Source: a phage
Length of the DNA stretch: 64,000 bases
Sequence record: PZ445526.1
Strand: one strand, 5' to 3'
Part shown: in pieces, positions 10,046-20,046 of the stretch
Position numbering within the stretch: position 1 is the stretch's first letter
How the letters are laid out: every line of letters begins with the position of its first letter
Translations under genes and position numbers: made by a program
Notes under the pieces: generated by a model
Told to the model about the DNA's origin: nothing
Seen by the model: only the letters and a program-made list of their open reading frames with translations
Database searches by the model: none

Positions 10046-10354
10046 TTAATCTTCTATGATATCTCTATCATATCCAAGTGAAATGAGAGTTTCTTTGAAG
10101 TGTTTAATGTTCTTTTGTCTAGAATCATTAATGAAAATGACTGGATAACGAATGTTAAGAGATGTGAATCCAGCGCGTTTAGCAAGAGATACAATCAGCG
10201 GACGATCATACTCAATCTTACCATTATTTGTAAGAACTTTATAGAAAGTAAAAGGAGCATTGAGCTCCTTTAGAAGTTTTGTAACTGATTGACATCCAGG
10301 ACAACGACCTACTTCATCTGGAATTCCATAGACTTCAATCTTATTTTGTTTCAC
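10046..10354 (-). CDS. nrdH: glutaredoxin-like protein NrdH
   Basis: 102 aa with CPGC redox motif (VGRCPGCQSV); sits next to nrdG/nrdD. Confidence 0.75.
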   Translation of the reverse strand: MKQNKIEVYGIPDEVGRCPGCQSVTKLLKELNAPFTFYKVLTNNGKIEYDRPLIVSLAKRAGFTSLNIRYPVIFINDSRQKNIKHFKETLISLGYDRDIIED

Positions 10355-10356
10355 AA

Positions 10357-10569
10357 CTATTCCTTACTAAGAGCAGCATTCAGCTTGTTAGTAATTTTAT
10401 CCAGACGCTCACTGAACTCACTTGAAGATAAGCCCTTTTCTGGAGAAATTAAACTAATCACGAAAAATATAGCAATAAAAGGAATAAGGAAAATAGCTCC
10501 AACTGCCATAAACAGAAAGAATGTTACAGTTGTAAGAAAATCAGCTAAACCTTTACGAAATTTATACAT
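10357..10569 (-). CDS. small membrane protein
   Basis: 70 aa, hydrophobic stretch VTFFLFMAVGAIFLIPFIAIFFVISLI. Confidence 0.45.
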   Translation of the reverse strand: MYKFRKGLADFLTTVTFFLFMAVGAIFLIPFIAIFFVISLISPEKGLSSSEFSERLDKITNKLNAALSKE

Positions 10570-10687
10570 TTACCTTTACCTTTAATTGATTAACCAAGCA
10601 TTAATAAGCACTAAACTATATTGTGAATAAAATTCTGGACCAAAATGAAAAATCATATCATTTATAGTATCCATAATATAATTCAAT

Positions 10688-11158
10688 TTAATCATGTTTC
10701 CACACCCCATCGGTATTTGACCAAAGTCGCTGATTATCTGATCCTCGCCACAGCTTTTTAGTCGGAAGATTTTTCTCATACTTCCCATCAATAATAACAT
10801 CAACATATTTAAGCATTTCTAGTTGTTTAATATCTTCAAACTTATATCCTGTCCACAACCAAATGCTTTTATTGGGATAAAGATTTTTTACTGTTTGAAC
10901 AATGCAATGAACAACATCTCGATTGTCAGGATAGAGAGGGTCTCCTCCAGTTATAGTTAATCCTTCTATATAATCATTATTCAAACATTCAATCAATTGT
11001 TCTAGTGTTTCACCAGTGAATGGAATACCATTTCTAGCATTCCATGTTGATTTATTATAACACCCTTCGCATTTATGCAAACAACCTGTAACGAAAAGAA
11101 CGACCCTGCATCCAGGGCCATTCACAAAATCACAAGGATAAAATCTATCATAATTCAT
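10688..11158 (-). CDS. nrdG: anaerobic ribonucleotide reductase activating protein (radical SAM)
   Basis: 156 aa; radical-SAM cysteine motif CLHKCEGC; stop overlaps nrdD. Confidence 0.9.
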   Translation of the reverse strand: MNYDRFYPCDFVNGPGCRVVLFVTGCLHKCEGCYNKSTWNARNGIPFTGETLEQLIECLNNDYIEGLTITGGDPLYPDNRDVVHCIVQTVKNLYPNKSIWLWTGYKFEDIKQLEMLKYVDVIIDGKYEKNLPTKKLWRGSDNQRLWSNTDGVWKHD

Positions 11159-12972
11159 TGGTGTTTAACCCTATGCATGATTTCTTTATTTTTACCGAGA
11201 TTAAATCCGCGTTCGTTCGGATTTCCCAAATAACCACATGTTCTTCTTATTGTGTTCATCTTTTTAGGATCAGTTTCTCCACAAATAGAACAAACAAATC
11301 CGTTTTCAGTAGGAGTCATTTCATGGGTACTTCCACATGTAAAACATTTATCTACTGGCATATTAACACCAAAATAATCTAAATGTTGTGCAGCATAATC
11401 CCATACGGCCTCAAGACCCTTTAAGTTATTTTTCATATCAGGAAGTTCAACATAAGAAATGTGACCACCTGTCGCAATGAAATGATATGGTGCTTCACGA
11501 GAAATCTTTTCAAACGGAGTAATATTTTCTTCTACTGAAACATGGAAACTGTTAGTGTACCAGCCTTTATCGGTAACATCTTTTACGCTTCCATATTTTT
11601 CTGTATCGAGTTTACAGAAGCGATAACAAAGGTTTTCAGCAGGAGTCGAATATAAACTAAAAGCAAATCCAGTTCTTTCAGTCCACTGTTTAAGATGAGC
11701 ATTCATTTTAGTTAAAATTTCCTGTCCAATATCACGACCGACAAGAATATTCAATTCATGAATACCAATGTATCCTAGGGACACTGAACTTCTACCGTTT
11801 TTAAATAACTCAATTACGTCGTCATCAGGTTTAAGACGAACCCCGAATGCACCTTCTTGGTAAAGAATAGGAGCAACAGTCGCTTTAACTCCTTTTAAGG
11901 AACTAATTCTACACATCAAAGCTTCAAAACACAAATCCATTCGTTCATTGAATAATTCAACAAATTTATGTTCATTGAACTGTGTTCCAATATAAGAATC
12001 TAACGCGATGCGAGGAAGATTCAGTGTTACAACACCAAGATTATTACGTCCATCAAGAATTTCATTACCAGTCGAATCTTTCCATACGCTCAAGAAACTA
12101 CGGCAACCCATTGGAGAAACAGGAACAGATGAACCAGTGATAGCTTTATTATTCTTAGCTGAAATAATATCAGGATACATCCTTTTGCTTGCGCACTCTA
12201 GAGCAAGCTGCTTAATATCATAGTTCGGATCGTCTTTATAAAGATTAACGCCTTCTTCGACGAACATAACAAGCTTAGGAAAAATAGGAGTTATCCCATC
12301 ACGACCGAGACCTTTAATACGATTTTTCAGAATTGCTTTCTGAATCATTCGTTCAGTCCAGTCAGTTCCCGTACCAAATGTAATTGTTACAAAAGGAGTC
12401 TGTCCGTTTGAACTAAAGAGAGTATTTACTTCATATTCATAAGCTTGGAATGCATCGTATACGTCTTTTTCTGTTTTAGATTGAGCATAATTCAACGCAT
12501 CAGCGATTTGCCATTTTTCTGCATCCTCAATATGTTTTGCATAGGTGCGTTTAACATAAGGAGAAAGTACTTTATCTACATTCGCAAAAGTCGTTCCGCC
12601 GTATTGGTGAGAAGCAACCTGTGCAGTAATTTGTGCCATAATTGCAGTAGCAACACCGATTGATTTAGGAGTTTCAATCTGTGCATTACCAAGCTTAAAT
12701 CCATTCTCAAGCATTCCTTTTAAATCTACTAAACAACAATTAGTAAATGGAAGAGCAGGGGAATAATCAATATCGTGGAAATGGATAATTCCGCTTTCAT
12801 GCGCTTTCATAATAAAAGACGGGACCATATTTTTGGCAATGTGTTTAGACACAATACCAGCCATAAGGTCCCGTTGAGTTGGAAAAACACGAGAATCTTT
12901 ATTAGCATTCTCGTTTAAAAGGTCTTTATTAGTTTTATGAATCAATCCTTCAATTTCTTTTTCAATTGTCAT
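11155..12972 (-). CDS. nrdD: anaerobic ribonucleoside-triphosphate reductase (class III), uninterrupted
   Basis: 605 aa continuous ORF; C-terminal glycyl-radical motif RRTCGYLG and zinc ribbon CFTCGS...CSICG. Confidence 0.95.
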   Translation of the reverse strand: MTIEKEIEGLIHKTNKDLLNENANKDSRVFPTQRDLMAGIVSKHIAKNMVPSFIMKAHESGIIHFHDIDYSPALPFTNCCLVDLKGMLENGFKLGNAQIETPKSIGVATAIMAQITAQVASHQYGGTTFANVDKVLSPYVKRTYAKHIEDAEKWQIADALNYAQSKTEKDVYDAFQAYEYEVNTLFSSNGQTPFVTITFGTGTDWTERMIQKAILKNRIKGLGRDGITPIFPKLVMFVEEGVNLYKDDPNYDIKQLALECASKRMYPDIISAKNNKAITGSSVPVSPMGCRSFLSVWKDSTGNEILDGRNNLGVVTLNLPRIALDSYIGTQFNEHKFVELFNERMDLCFEALMCRISSLKGVKATVAPILYQEGAFGVRLKPDDDVIELFKNGRSSVSLGYIGIHELNILVGRDIGQEILTKMNAHLKQWTERTGFAFSLYSTPAENLCYRFCKLDTEKYGSVKDVTDKGWYTNSFHVSVEENITPFEKISREAPYHFIATGGHISYVELPDMKNNLKGLEAVWDYAAQHLDYFGVNMPVDKCFTCGSTHEMTPTENGFVCSICGETDPKKMNTIRRTCGYLGNPNERGFNLGKNKEIMHRVKHQ

Positions 12973-13442
12973 TTTAAACTCTTTCTAAGCTGCTTCTTGA
13001 ATGAAGCTATTAATTGTGTTTTGGTGTCAGATTCATTATATTCAAATCCTCTTTGAAGCATCTCAGCCATCATTTCCTCTTTTCCTAAACGAGAAAATTC
13101 CTTTGATTTATCTCCAACGAAGTTAGGGTGAATATTATTTTGGGTGTAATCGGATTTTAAATAAGTAAGTAAATTTTCTAACCATTCAAGATAATCAACA
13201 CCTTGTCCCTTTAAGCCAGAACGATTAAATTTATGCTTCATTTGACCTTCTGCGGCATTGCAGAGATTACAAAGCAATCCACGTACCTTTCCTGCTTTTG
13301 GTCCATTTAATTCATGGTCATGGTCGAGGTGATTAGCTTGAACGTCAGGATTTAGTTCTCGTTGGCAAATTAAGCATTTACCGTTTTGTGCATCATAAAA
13401 TTTCTGTTTTTCTTCTTTATATAATTTGCCAGTCAATAACAT
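12969..13442 (-). CDS. 49: endonuclease VII (Holliday junction resolvase)
   Basis: 157 aa, MLLTGKLYKEEKQKFYDAQNGKCLICQRELNPDVQANHLDHDHEL...; matches T4 gp49 by recall. Confidence 0.95.
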   Translation of the reverse strand: MLLTGKLYKEEKQKFYDAQNGKCLICQRELNPDVQANHLDHDHELNGPKAGKVRGLLCNLCNAAEGQMKHKFNRSGLKGQGVDYLEWLENLLTYLKSDYTQNNIHPNFVGDKSKEFSRLGKEEMMAEMLQRGFEYNESDTKTQLIASFKKQLRKSLK

Positions 13443-13483
13443 AATAAACCCTTACCTTAAATAGATAAGGGTATTTATTATTT

Positions 13484-13969
13484 TCAAGTATTGTAAAACA
13501 TTTGATGCAATCGCTTATATTGCCGAATCTTTTGGTCAGAAAAAGAAATTTGAGTTTCAAGCCATTCAATGTACTCTGCGGCAGCTTGCATTAAATTTCC
13601 TTCATAACCATCGTTATTTTCTTGTGCAGCTAATTTAGCTAATGCATATGAAATGCGTTCACCTTGAAAAGCGGCTTTAGGTTTATGAATAGCTTGATCA
13701 ACTCGTTCTACGACTTCTTCAATTTCGCCATTTTCTACTGATTCAGTATTCCACAAACACCAATACGTAATTGGCTTATCGTAGATGTTAATAATCTTTC
13801 CATCAGAAAGTTCAATTTCAATAATTCCAGTATCAGGTTCTATATCATCTTCACATTCTTTTGCAAGTTCACGAACTTTAAAGACAGTACCTGCACTAAG
13901 TTCCGGCCAGTAATTACATAGCCCTGTATCAGCACGATTAATTCTAAACCACTTATCTACTGTAATCAT
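13484..13969 (-). CDS. pin: probable Pin (inhibitor of host Lon protease)
   Basis: 161 aa from the ATG (MITVDKWFRINRADTG...); track start is an upstream TTG; position and length match T4 pin. Confidence 0.55.
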   Translation of the reverse strand: MITVDKWFRINRADTGLCNYWPELSAGTVFKVRELAKECEDDIEPDTGIIEIELSDGKIINIYDKPITYWCLWNTESVENGEIEEVVERVDQAIHKPKAAFQGERISYALAKLAAQENNDGYEGNLMQAAAEYIEWLETQISFSDQKIRQYKRLHQMFYNT

Positions 13970-14092
13970 GTCCCATCTCCATATCAATTAAGTCATTTAT
14001 CGTTGGTTCATTATATACTGTTTCTTCATCAGTGTAAACCGGTTCTTCCGGCTCTGGCTCTACAGTTTCCCATCTAGCCGCCCACCAAGGTT

Positions 14093-14413
14093 TTATAGCG
14101 TAATCCATTCTCGTACTGTCTGAATTACTACACGTTCTCGAAGCTCAACCAGTTCAACAGTAGGAACTGCATAATACCAGTCAGAATGGTAAGAACCTGA
14201 GCGAGATTCATTTACGGAAACATATACGTGGTGTTTTGAGCTAAAGTAAATTACTCGACGATATTGGCATTTGCCTTGTTGAGTCCATTCTTCGGATTCA
14301 ATCGGAATAAGATAGTCGGAAAAATCGAAATCATAGTTTTCCGAAAATGCATCATGGTCTTCGATGATTTCACTCAGAATTGCATCAACATCTAATTTAT
14401 TTTCAATAGTCAT
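14093..14413 (-). CDS. hypothetical protein
   Basis: 106 aa acidic ORF. Confidence 0.45.
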   Translation of the reverse strand: MTIENKLDVDAILSEIIEDHDAFSENYDFDFSDYLIPIESEEWTQQGKCQYRRVIYFSSKHHVYVSVNESRSGSYHSDWYYAVPTVELVELRERVVIQTVREWITL

Positions 14414-14424
14414 TTTTTCACCAA

Positions 14425-14634
14425 TTAATTTCGCAATTTATTAAGTTCTTCATAATCAATCCAGGATTCTAATCCTGATGGCAAATCAGATTCAATTTCC
14501 CAAAGAAGCTCTTCAATTTTCTGAAGACGATCTAGTTCTTCAGCTGGAATAGTAACCATTGATGGAGTTCTTGATACACTAATATCGTAAATCATATTTA
14601 CCCCAGTTTGACCATGCAATCGCCGTATTTCCAC
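14425..14634 (-). CDS. hypothetical protein
   Basis: 69 aa ORF. Confidence 0.4.
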   Translation of the reverse strand: MEIRRLHGQTGVNMIYDISVSRTPSMVTIPAEELDRLQKIEELLWEIESDLPSGLESWIDYEELNKLRN

Positions 14635-14813
14635 TTAGAAATAGACTTTTCACCATTAGAATAATAAACTTCGAGTTTAGCACGATTATTTTTAATTTGA
14701 ATAACCTTGGCTGTCATCAAAGTTCCATACCCATAGTAAACTGCAACTTCATCACCTACATATACCGCGCTTCCGCGGTAATCATGGATATAATCAGTTC
14801 CTTCAAGCATCAT
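14598..14813 (-). CDS. hypothetical protein
   Basis: 71 aa ORF. Confidence 0.4.
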   Translation of the reverse strand: MMLEGTDYIHDYRGSAVYVGDEVAVYYGYGTLMTAKVIQIKNNRAKLEVYYSNGEKSISKWKYGDCMVKLG

Positions 14814-15073
14814 TTAAAGTATTCCCGCAATTGGTCAAATCCACCAATATGACTTCCATCAGGAGCAAATACCTGAGGCATCGTCAGTCCAATTTGAGTA
14901 TCACGACCTAGTTTAGTCAGAAGCTCAGCGATTTTCTCATCATCAAAAACACCTTTTTCCGGCATAATGTTGATAAATTCAAATGGCTGTTTCTTCACGG
15001 TCAAAAGACGTTTTGCATTATCGCAATACACACATTTATGGATGTTGCTATCATAACCATATACTTTAAACAT
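14810..15073 (-). CDS. nrdC: thioredoxin/glutaredoxin NrdC
   Basis: 87 aa, MFKVYGYDSNIHKCVYCDNAKRLL... with CVYC redox motif; matches T4 NrdC. Confidence 0.9.
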   Translation of the reverse strand: MFKVYGYDSNIHKCVYCDNAKRLLTVKKQPFEFINIMPEKGVFDDEKIAELLTKLGRDTQIGLTMPQVFAPDGSHIGGFDQLREYFK

Positions 15074-15074
15074 A

Positions 15075-15317
15075 TTATTCCTTAATTCCTAGTACTTGTT
15101 TAAAAGTCTCGTCGTAATCAAGACTTTGGCCCGTTTGTTCTTTATGTTTGTATATAATATCACTTACTTCTGATAGCATATTTTTATATGAACGAGTTAA
15201 AGCAGATTTAAGCACGCTGTATCTATCAGGAAATTTACCATGTTCATTATAATAAGCTATTGCTAATTCACGGACTGCCTTTTCAGCAGTCTCCATATAT
15301 TCTTTACGCTTGGTCAT
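15075..15317 (-). CDS. hypothetical protein (start set to internal ATG)
   Basis: [29 protein letters not shown]..., 80 aa; upstream track extension overlaps next gene. Confidence 0.4.
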
Positions 15318-15618
15318 TTTCTTCTCGGTCAAATCGGTGTTTACAATGGCGACATTTATAACGAAGATTATTAGTCTGCCAATGGACCAATTGCACCTGT
15401 TCAGTTCCACATTCAGGGCAATTAGGAACGTTTTTAGAAGCCCTTTCGCGACGTTCAACCATGACCATTACAGAATCCCAATTAATAGGGCTGCTATAAT
15501 CATCACAACCGTGAATCTTTCCACGCATTTCCAGATCGTCTTCTTCACCAGCCATAATAATTTTAATTAGACTAGAATTACTTGAAGCTGCAATGTCTTC
15601 TAATAGACGCTTTTTCAT
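15304..15618 (-). CDS. small zinc-ribbon protein
   Basis: 104 aa; CPECG...CRHCKH four-cysteine motif. Confidence 0.45.
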
Positions 15619-16541
15619 TTCAATACCTCAATAGCATTACGTAAACCATTTGCTTTTGCATTAAGAGCTTTTAACAATTTGGTGTGTTCTGCAATTTGGG
15701 CTTCAACTTCAATCAAACGAGCATTGAGATATTCGCGTTCTTCTTTCATAGTATCATTCCCATGATTGGATTTTGGTGTAGGTTTAAATTCACTAGGGTC
15801 CTTTAATTTAATAACAAATTTAGTTTCAAACAGTGAAAGACCATAATTCGTATTATCATCAAAGGATTTGACTACATCCATATCAGATAATAACACGCGT
15901 AAATTATAAGCCAAAGAACTAATAGTTTCATTGTGTTTATTAGCTTCGCGTGGTTTCATATACGGAAGATTTTTATATATCTCGTGCGGAGCACAAATGA
16001 TAATTGACAATTCAAATTGCCCATTCTGGGACGATGGAGTGAATTTAGCCGTAACCCAGTCTTTTACATTCACATTAATAGTACGGTTATCACCATGACA
16101 AAACAGTCTACGAGAATGCTTAAAAAGCATATTCACGTTATTATTGAATTCGTGTGAAAATTCACTAGCAAATTTTTCTTTACTATCTTTAGAAAACCAT
16201 TCTTCTAAATAAGTTCTTTTCACGTCGTTAATAATATTAAATGTAACAACACTAGCATTTGATACATTAGTCTCAATGTAGCTTGGATACATAAATTTTT
16301 TAACATTATTAACAGCTATCACAGAAGATAGTAATCGGGAACGTTTGAACCACTCGAGCAAAGAACCAAGAGAATGTGAATACGCATTTTGTGTATCTTT
16401 ACAAATATGGTTTTCCCATCCAATATAGTCTAAAAAATCACGAAGAATATTATTGATTACTGCTCTGTGTCCTATCTGATAATTACGATGTTTAGTAATA
16501 AGACTGTCAAAATAATCAATATAATGTTTACGAGTTTTCAT
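15615..16541 (-). CDS. hypothetical protein, coiled-coil family member A
   Basis: 308 aa; C-terminal heptad region [33 protein letters not shown]; shares SRLLS motif with member B. Confidence 0.5.
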   Translation of the reverse strand: MKTRKHYIDYFDSLITKHRNYQIGHRAVINNILRDFLDYIGWENHICKDTQNAYSHSLGSLLEWFKRSRLLSSVIAVNNVKKFMYPSYIETNVSNASVVTFNIINDVKRTYLEEWFSKDSKEKFASEFSHEFNNNVNMLFKHSRRLFCHGDNRTINVNVKDWVTAKFTPSSQNGQFELSIIICAPHEIYKNLPYMKPREANKHNETISSLAYNLRVLLSDMDVVKSFDDNTNYGLSLFETKFVIKLKDPSEFKPTPKSNHGNDTMKEEREYLNARLIEVEAQIAEHTKLLKALNAKANGLRNAIEVLK

Positions 16542-16595
16542 GTTCTTCTCACTTGGTTAATGATTTATACTCCGAGCCATCCTTGGCTTTAAATT

Positions 16596-17597
16596 TTACT
16601 TAATTAACTGTAAAGCTTGTTCCAGACGATCAAGACGATTAACAGATTCTTCCCAAATCCTTTTAGCCTGCTCATATTCTTTCTGCGCTTTATTAGAAAT
16701 TTCTAGAACTTCTTTATAAGCTTTTTCTAATGCAATAACTTCTGGACGAATTTCTATCGGTTCAGGTGAATCATCAAGACATTCCATTAGTTCCTCAAGG
16801 GTAGTTTCTTCTTTAGGAGTATTCACAATTTCATCACATTTTTGTTGGTAAATTTCTTTATCAGTAGGTGAGTACGCGCACTTTACTTCACGAAGACTAA
16901 TTACAATTTTATATCCTTCCCAACCGCATATATTCTTAAAAGGATAAGTATGAATATTTTCTACTGTTTCCATACAAAGTAATGCGGTCTCTAATTGACG
17001 AGTTATAGTGCTAGCAATTGAGAAAAATTTATTAATATTCTTTTGGTTAGTTTCTGGTGTAAAAAATCCATAATTCACAAAAATAGATACTTTATTTTTA
17101 TCAAGTTCATATTCTTTTATGATAATCATATCAGAAGCCAAAGGATGAATTTGACGATAATCGCCATAACATAATTTAGAAGCTGATTTTAGAATCTGTC
17201 CTTTGAAAAGTCTGAAATTACTAATCCAACGACGAGTAAAAATATTCTCAGGGTCTTCTTTATTATTAAGATGATAAGAATTAACATCACCGAACCAATT
17301 ATATCCTACTACATCTTTGGTTCGTTTAATTTCTTTCCCAAAATTACCAAGAATATCCCGATTAACCAAATATGAAAGAAGACGAGACTCTTTAAAGGTT
17401 TTCTTGATAACATCTTTATCTACACGGCTAGAAATTTTACGAATTTCATGAATAAATTTAGTAGAAGAAACAATACTTGCATCAACACTATTGAGCCATT
17501 GATTGATAATAGAAAGAACGCTATTTTGGCCAAACATCGGTATAGCTTTATCATCAATAACGCTATTGAATGATTTGATATATTCGTTACGAGTCAT
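16596..17597 (-). CDS. hypothetical protein, coiled-coil family member B
   Basis: 333 aa from ATG (MTRNEYIKSF...) behind RBS GAGGAG; C-terminal coiled coil; motif FRLFKGQILKSASKL. Confidence 0.5.
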   Translation of the reverse strand: MTRNEYIKSFNSVIDDKAIPMFGQNSVLSIINQWLNSVDASIVSSTKFIHEIRKISSRVDKDVIKKTFKESRLLSYLVNRDILGNFGKEIKRTKDVVGYNWFGDVNSYHLNNKEDPENIFTRRWISNFRLFKGQILKSASKLCYGDYRQIHPLASDMIIIKEYELDKNKVSIFVNYGFFTPETNQKNINKFFSIASTITRQLETALLCMETVENIHTYPFKNICGWEGYKIVISLREVKCAYSPTDKEIYQQKCDEIVNTPKEETTLEELMECLDDSPEPIEIRPEVIALEKAYKEVLEISNKAQKEYEQAKRIWEESVNRLDRLEQALQLIK

Positions 17598-17654
17598 ATT
17601 AATCTCCTCAGTAGAAAGTAAGAACATTATACCACATCCTTGTGGCAAAGTAAA

Positions 17655-18683
17655 CTAGTTCAGTGCATTTAGTGCATTGTTCAGTTTAGAACGTTGCTTT
17701 GTCAGATTTTGAACCCTTGACTGAGCTTGTTTTAACACCTTTTCAGCTTCTAACACTTCATTAGTTGCTTTAACGAGTTCAGCATCTACTGCTTTAAGAG
17801 ACTTCTCAATCGCATCTGCATGCCATTTTTCAACAGGTTTAAGACTCGGATTTTCAATAGGAAGAAAATTCACTTTATTGAATTTCCATGCATCCTTATT
17901 ACCTGAACTATACATCCAAAATTTAGGATCGTTTGATAAGTAATTGGATAAATTTAAATTTAAGTTATCTTGTACTTCTTGCTTTTTCTCTTGTGTAACT
18001 TCGTCCTTTCTCAAAAAATCATATTTAAATGAAACAATCATATCAAGTTCATATGATGTTGTATCTAACTTAAATCGTTCAAAACGAGGTAAAATCTTAG
18101 ATTGAACAGCAGCAACAACATCCATATACTTAAATGCTTCTGTCAACTGTGATTTAAGGCATTCACAAATTGAAAGAGAATTTTTTGTATTAGGTTTAAA
18201 GCTAATTCGTGCAGTTCTATTATTTTCTTTTAACGGTCTTACTTCCATCTGAAGAGTATAACCATCAAATTTCAGGTTCTTTAAGTTAATATCAGAACCT
18301 TTTAATCGACTTGCTGTGGACAAAATTTGCTTTAATTGTTTACGGAATAGAGCAATAAATCTCCATTCAAGACGATAATGATTTGGATTAAAAAATCCTG
18401 TTGATAAATCGACCTTACTTTGACCAACGCCTTGAACAAATAGAGGATTTTTATAATCAATAGTTTTACAGAAATCGGTGAGCTGTTCACGAGCAGTCAT
18501 TTGCGTAATATACCCTGCTTTACTAAAATTACGCACCCATTCACTGCTATTCGTATACTTAAAGTGATGAATAACACGATTAACTTTATCAGGGTCTAAA
18601 TTATTTTCACACAAAAATGTCATAACATCACGAGTATAGCTGGCATTACGAACCATATCTTCAATTTGAGAACGAGTTTTCAT
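17655..18683 (-). CDS. hypothetical protein, coiled-coil family member C
   Basis: 342 aa; motif FRKQLKQILSTASRL paralogous to member B; C-terminal coiled coil. Confidence 0.5.
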   Translation of the reverse strand: MKTRSQIEDMVRNASYTRDVMTFLCENNLDPDKVNRVIHHFKYTNSSEWVRNFSKAGYITQMTAREQLTDFCKTIDYKNPLFVQGVGQSKVDLSTGFFNPNHYRLEWRFIALFRKQLKQILSTASRLKGSDINLKNLKFDGYTLQMEVRPLKENNRTARISFKPNTKNSLSICECLKSQLTEAFKYMDVVAAVQSKILPRFERFKLDTTSYELDMIVSFKYDFLRKDEVTQEKKQEVQDNLNLNLSNYLSNDPKFWMYSSGNKDAWKFNKVNFLPIENPSLKPVEKWHADAIEKSLKAVDAELVKATNEVLEAEKVLKQAQSRVQNLTKQRSKLNNALNALN

Positions 18684-18691
18684 GGTGTTCC

Positions 18692-19597
18692 TTAAGATTT
18701 AAGTAAATCAACAATTTTAATTAATTTTTCACGTTCAGATTTAGCTTTACTACTCAATCCGGATAGTCTAAAGATTTCATCGTCATATTGTTGAATAGAA
18801 ATATTCAGCTCTTCAATTTGCTTATTAAAATAATCAATTTGTTCAGAATGTTTTTCGTTACTACGAACTGGTACATGGTTTGTAGGCAATTTAGTTAAAC
18901 TGGATTCATCCGGGCGATAAATTAAAATACAACTTGAACCAATCGGACATTTAGCACCAGACACATATTCTAATGTTCCAGCTTCTTTTAAAATTTCAAA
19001 AGCTAAACAGAGATGATGACCCATATTGGCATAATCTGTAGAGTGAGCTCTGACGTAATAATCATCTCCACGAGTGCTAAATTTAAAGCATTTAAGGTCT
19101 TCTGTATTATTAGTTTTAAAAATCATTTGTTTATCTAGACCTTTAGCCAATCGAGCGCCTAATGCTAATAATCGTCGTTGATTTTCCCACAAATCCGCAA
19201 TCATTTGATCGAATGATAATTTCGGCATTAGTCGGCCATAAAGGTCATATCCTTTATTATAATTGCGAAGGATTTCACTCGCATTAATGCGAGACAACGC
19301 TCCAATTTTATTAAGGGCTTTCATGATGCGATTAGATAAACTCATTCCAGACCCGTTTGTTCGCTGTAAATGTTTTTCTAATCCAAATCCAATATCAACT
19401 TTAAATTTATCTAAAATTTTGGCATGAACGTCTCTGTCAATAACATTCAAATCCAAAGTTGGGTTAAATCTATGAAAAAATTTATCTGGCTCTCCACGAC
19501 GAAATACAGTCCATTCATTCATCATTTTTTTATTAACTAAAGATTTAATTACTGCATTGACATTATTAATTACTACTGACATATTTTCCTCACTCAA
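18692..19597 (-). CDS. hypothetical protein, coiled-coil family member D (weaker similarity)
   Basis: 301 aa; C-terminal coiled coil IEELNISIQQYDDEIFRL...EREKLIKIVDLLKS. Confidence 0.45.
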   Translation of the reverse strand: MSEENMSVVINNVNAVIKSLVNKKMMNEWTVFRRGEPDKFFHRFNPTLDLNVIDRDVHAKILDKFKVDIGFGLEKHLQRTNGSGMSLSNRIMKALNKIGALSRINASEILRNYNKGYDLYGRLMPKLSFDQMIADLWENQRRLLALGARLAKGLDKQMIFKTNNTEDLKCFKFSTRGDDYYVRAHSTDYANMGHHLCLAFEILKEAGTLEYVSGAKCPIGSSCILIYRPDESSLTKLPTNHVPVRSNEKHSEQIDYFNKQIEELNISIQQYDDEIFRLSGLSSKAKSEREKLIKIVDLLKS

Positions 19598-19991
19598 TTT
19601 TACTAATTACGCGGAATAAGATTGAACAGACTATATAAGTACCACATATAGATTGAACTAATGCCATTCCAAAGAACCAAACAATATTATCAAACCATGT
19701 CTGTTTTACGTCGAAAGGACGTAAACTTACAGTAATATTATCACCTTTTTCTATTGAAGAATACATCTCTGGTGAAATATATTCACTAAATCTATAACCG
19801 TCTTTGAGTTCATATACAGCAATAAACGATAAACTAGACCCCTTTCCTTGAGTTCCTGTAAGGGTATTAACTACAGTAACATCATAATCTTTATAATGCA
19901 TATAATCATTAATTGCGTAATAACCATATGCAATTACTATACATAAACAACATATCAATAAATTCAATCTTTTAATTATCAACTGTTTCAT
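19590..19991 (-). CDS. membrane protein
   Basis: 133 aa; N-terminal and C-terminal hydrophobic segments. Confidence 0.45.
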   Translation of the reverse strand: MKQLIIKRLNLLICCLCIVIAYGYYAINDYMHYKDYDVTVVNTLTGTQGKGSSLSFIAVYELKDGYRFSEYISPEMYSSIEKGDNITVSLRPFDVKQTWFDNIVWFFGMALVQSICGTYIVCSILFRVISKIE

Positions 19992-20046
19992 AATAATCTC
20001 AATTAAAAGGGCTTAGAACCATTATACCATCCTTGGTATAAAGCGG

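Noticed and set aside
10582-10806. 74-aa ORF overlapping the 3' end of nrdG
   Set aside because: Overlaps nrdG out of frame by about 120 nt with no recognisable ribosome-binding site; probably spurious.
11155-12972. Searched for a group I intron and intron ORF inside nrdD
   Set aside because: The reading frame is continuous for 605 codons with conserved C-terminal glycyl-radical and zinc-ribbon motifs; no interruption is present.
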